This document shows positions 61,054 to 64,000 of a stretch of DNA of 64,000 bases, piece after piece. Position numbers and translations under genes: made by a program. The notes beneath the pieces were generated by a model. The model was given only the letters and a program-made list of their open reading frames with translations. It had not been told where the DNA came from and did not search any database. The first letter of the stretch is position 1, and every line of letters starts with the position of its first letter. The stretch is from positions 32,001 to 96,000 of the forward strand of contig CAVPXI010000005.1 in NCBI GenBank assembly GCA_963709585.1, in the 5' to 3' direction. This stretch comes from Candidatus Dormiibacterota bacterium. Lineage in GTDB: Bacteria > Chloroflexota > Dormibacteria > Aeolococcales > Aeolococcaceae.

Positions 61054-61956
61054 TCAACGACTCGAGCGCGCGTTCGTCCGTGGCACTCGGCCGGAGACGA
61101 CGCGAGTGACCCCGAGCTCGTCCTTCGTCCAGCTCACGTCGACTAGTCCGGCGGCGCGCAGCGTCGCCTGAGTGCGCCGCGACAGGTAGGTACCGACCTC
61201 GACGAGCAGAACACCGCCCGGTTTGAGCCAGTCGTACGCGGCATCGGCGAGTTTGCGCACCAACCCGAGACCGTCATCGGAGCCGTCGGTGAGCGATTGG
61301 AGCGGCTCGAAGGCACGGATCTCTCGGGGCAGTTCCTTCAGGTCCCGGCGGAGCACATACGGCGGGTGGATGGTGAAGACATCGATCGCACCACACAGCC
61401 GGCGCGGGAGCGCGTCGAGGAGATCGCCGGCGCGGAAATGCGCATTGCCGAGACCGAGACGTCGGGCGTTGTCCCTTCCGAGCGCCGCGGCGTCCGGGGA
61501 GATGTCCACGCCCCAGACATCAGCGTTGCGCACCTCGTTGGCGACGGCGAGCGCAACCGGACCGGCACCGGTCGCCACGTCGACGGCGACCCGCGGCCCG
61601 CGCCGTCGGCGCAAGGCCCTGACCGCCTCCTCCGCAAGCAACTCGCTCGATGCTCGTGGCACGAACACGCCTTCTCTCACCAGCAGATCGAGTCCCCGGA
61701 ATGCGTAGTGCCCCTTGATGCGAGGAATCGGCTCGCCGTTGACACGACGCGCAACCATCGCCGCGTACCGCTTCTTCGACGTGCGGTCGAGCTCGCGATC
61801 GAGGAGCGCCCGCGTCAGCTTTCGCCCGAGCACCTCGGCCATCAACTCCTCGGCGTCGTAGCGGCCGAGGTTTCGGTCCCAATGGTCGATGGCCGTCGAC
61901 TTGTCAATCTTGCGTATGGCTTTGTCGATATGTTCGGTGACGGTCGTGGCGGGCAT
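61054..61956 (-). CDS. HemK/PrmC family methyltransferase
   Basis: RR..GEP..I.G...F, VFVPR.SSE, DVATGAG, HPPY, EP..L..G.DGL, EVG. Confidence 0.85.
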   Translation of the reverse strand: MPATTVTEHIDKAIRKIDKSTAIDHWDRNLGRYDAEELMAEVLGRKLTRALLDRELDRTSKKRYAAMVARRVNGEPIPRIKGHYAFRGLDLLVREGVFVPRASSELLAEEAVRALRRRRGPRVAVDVATGAGPVALAVANEVRNADVWGVDISPDAAALGRDNARRLGLGNAHFRAGDLLDALPRRLCGAIDVFTIHPPYVLRRDLKELPREIRAFEPLQSLTDGSDDGLGLVRKLADAAYDWLKPGGVLLVEVGTYLSRRTQATLRAAGLVDVSWTKDELGVTRVVSGRVPRTNARSSR

Positions 61957-62006
61957 GGCCCGCGCATGGTAAGCGCTCGTATGGCCGGCACGCGCACCAT
62001 GGTCGA

Positions 62007-62201
62007 GTGCACGCGACGCCGCCCCCGCCCGCAGGCCTCTGCGCGTCGTGCATCAACGCGCGGCTGGTCACCGGCGCGCGCTCCGTCTTCGTGCGTTGTG
62101 GACTGGCCGACACCGACTCGCGGTTCCCGCGCTACCCGTCGCTCCCCGTGCGCCGGTGCGACGGGTACATCAGCGCACCTGCTCAGGCAACCCGCTGCTG
62201 A
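62007..62201 (+). CDS. Small Cys-rich conserved hypothetical protein
   Basis: GLCASC...FVRC...RFPRYPSLPVRRCDGY. Confidence 0.65.
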   Translation: MHATPPPPAGLCASCINARLVTGARSVFVRCGLADTDSRFPRYPSLPVRRCDGYISAPAQATRC

Positions 62202-63286
62202 CCACGACCCGGCGCGGGGCGCTCGCGATGGGGCAGGTACGAACGATCGCCGATCCAGGGCGCCGGCGGGACCCCGAGCCCCTTGGTCACATAGTTGAGC
62301 CAGGCGCCGTACTTGCTGCGCAGCGTGCTGAACTCCTGCCACGCCCTGTCCACGTTGTGCAGCTGATATCCCGCGTGCTCGAGGCGGCCGTACGCCTCCA
62401 CGAACTCCTCGCGCTCCACTCCCGGCACCGCCTCGCCTTCGTATCGAAAGTGATCGCGCATGTCGGCGACGAAATGCGCGCCGACCTTGTGCATGAGCCG
62501 CGCATGACCCACCGGTCCTCCATCCACGGTGGTGAGCACGAGTGTCGCGGCGTCCATCACCGCGCCGAAGGAGTTGGCCCACGCCTCGTTGTCGTGACTC
62601 GACCGGAAGTAGAAGAGCAACGGGTAGGAGAGATGGCTCTCGATGACGTCCACCGTCCACAGGCGCCACTCATCGAAGGTCGCGATCAGCTGCTCGGGCA
62701 TCGCGTCCTTGGCGCACGTCTCGAGAATTTGGACCCCGGAAGGCGGTGCGCCGGCGAGCGCGTCGAGCGCCACCACCGCCGTCTCGCGTCGCTGGAAGGA
62801 GCTGAAGAGCGAGAACAGCAGGCTGATCACCAGGGCGAACAATCCGAAGCCACTCGCCGCTTCGATGGCCGCGAAGGTTCGCGTCGCCACCCCGGTCGCC
62901 TCGATGCCGGCGACCGAGAACGCGAGCATCCGGCCCGTGGAGAAATAGAGCGTGGTGCCGAACGAGTCGGGCTGCGGCTGCAGGCCGTCATGAAGCCCGC
63001 TGAAGATGAGTGCAAACCCGAGGATGAGCGCGAAGCCCCAGAGCACGAGCAGCGCCACCAGCATCATGGGCGCGAAGGCGGCGAGTGCGGTCTCGCGAGT
63101 TTGGAGCTTGCCGGGGCGCTCCGCGACCTTGCGCCAGGCGCGCCACCCACCACGAATGAGCGTGAAGCTCAGACGCACCCGACCCACCGCCGGCCGCGGC
63201 ATCACCACCGACTGGAAGACGTCGTAGATGGTGACCAGCACGATCACGGCTCCGCCGCCGATCTCGAGGCCGTCGACGACGCTCAC
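62183..63286 (-). CDS. Membrane protein of the 'potassium channel family'-like group with degenerate pore
   Basis: DVFQSVVMPR, TM-LYFS-TM (EAASGFG), IESHLSYP.L.YFRS.H, MDAA; start GTG 63286. Confidence 0.75.
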   Translation of the reverse strand: MSVVDGLEIGGGAVIVLVTIYDVFQSVVMPRPAVGRVRLSFTLIRGGWRAWRKVAERPGKLQTRETALAAFAPMMLVALLVLWGFALILGFALIFSGLHDGLQPQPDSFGTTLYFSTGRMLAFSVAGIEATGVATRTFAAIEAASGFGLFALVISLLFSLFSSFQRRETAVVALDALAGAPPSGVQILETCAKDAMPEQLIATFDEWRLWTVDVIESHLSYPLLFYFRSSHDNEAWANSFGAVMDAATLVLTTVDGGPVGHARLMHKVGAHFVADMRDHFRYEGEAVPGVEREEFVEAYGRLEHAGYQLHNVDRAWQEFSTLRSKYGAWLNYVTKGLGVPPAPWIGDRSYLPHRERPAPGRGQQRVA

Positions 63287-63305
63287 CTGTACGCAGCCCG
63301 GGGGG

Positions 63306-63515
63306 TCACGGCTCGAGTTCGCGACGCATCTGGGCGATCTCGGCGCGCACTTCCTGCAGCGCCTCCTCGTCCTCGGAATCGACCGCAACCCGGCGCATCG
63401 CGGCGAGCTCCGCAATCGCCGTATCCATCGTTTCGATGGTATGCGGCGGGTCGTCCCATCGTCTCGAGAGCAATCGCAACGCGAGGCCCCTCGCCTGATC
63501 GGCGATCTGGCTCAC
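63306..63515 (-). CDS. Small hypothetical helical protein
   Basis: 69-aa ORF co-oriented with its neighbours; host-like codon usage. Confidence 0.5.
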   Translation of the reverse strand: MSQIADQARGLALRLLSRRWDDPPHTIETMDTAIAELAAMRRVAVDSEDEEALQEVRAEIAQMRRELEP

Positions 63516-63578
63516 GCGGGACGTACGAAACGCAGCTGGGCTAAGTCCGCGGCCATTCGCCGGATGGTACGGCGGTGG

Positions 63579-64000
63579 TCACACGCCTCGTTTCGCCAGC
63601 ACCAGCACAGTCGAATAGTGGTACGTCATGGTGCCCCCGAGCGCGTCGACGGCCTCGCCAAGGGCGTCGAGGAGCGCACGCCGCTCGAGGTCAGGCAAGC
63701 GGACATGATCGCTGTGGGTGGCGATGAAGTCGAGCCAGCCTGCACGGCCGTAGACCGTCTCCCACGAGAAGGTGCGAGTCGCAATCTCCGTGAACACTCC
63801 GCTGTTTTCGAACTGCGTCATCCGATCCATCGGTTCGGCCGGCGGGTTCAGCGCGATGTTGGTCTTGGCGAGCCCTGGGGCGAGGCGCGTGTACACGGCG
63901 TCGAACGCCCGCGCGGCATCCTCGTCCGGCCGGCCGCGATTCCAGAACACGCCGAGGTATCCCCCCGGTCGCAGCAACGAACCCGCCTTGGCCACGCCCC
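63579..64000 (-). CDS. Class I SAM methyltransferase, C-terminal part (5' end outside the window)
   Basis: LLRPGGYLGVFWN, ATHSDH..L motif. Confidence 0.8.
   Translation of the reverse strand, partial: GVAKAGSLLRPGGYLGVFWNRGRPDEDAARAFDAVYTRLAPGLAKTNIALNPPAEPMDRMTQFENSGVFTEIATRTFSWETVYGRAGWLDFIATHSDHVRLPDLERRALLDALGEAVDALGGTMTYHYSTVLVLAKRGV

Noticed and set aside
61054-61956. HemK paralogue as the GASTC DNA methyltransferase
   Set aside because: It has the PrmC N-terminal domain and motifs and no target-recognition domain; characterised HemK proteins methylate proteins

Overview
High-GC bacterial chromosomal segment. Gene content and style suggest a soil Terrabacteria lineage such as Ca. Dormibacterota; this is an inference, not demonstrated. 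From 1 to 17 kb it is housekeeping: valS, clpX, clpP, a DrrAB-type ABC pair, tig, tRNA-Leu(TAG), two GT39 glycosyltransferases, mscL, leuS, an Eis-type GNAT, an AlkZ-like glycosylase and tRNA-Thr(CGT). From 17 to 30 kb is an accessory region: an amino-sugar/glycan tailoring cluster, orphan ORFs and an eroded catabolic operon. From 31 to 56 kb is a roughly 25-kb 'metal-to-enzyme' supercluster for a form I aerobic CO dehydrogenase (coxMSL, AYRCSFR motif). It joins copper-handling genes, modABC with its regulator, coxDEG, two XdhC/CoxF paralogues (one YHS-fused), mocA and the Moco pathway (moeA, moaA, moaD-E, moaC, mog, fdhD, mobA). From 56 to 64 kb are an Flp pilin, a CBS-citrate synthase fusion, a PLP decarboxylase, a HemK paralogue and hypotheticals. 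Two window-wide signals stand out. First, all nine +1 insertions found (eight frameshifts in six genes plus a tRNA T-loop) duplicate the A of GACTC/GAGTC, most likely a base-calling footprint of adenine methylation. Second, many genes have a TANNNT box 6-10 nt before the start codon, suggesting widespread leaderless or short-leader mRNAs.
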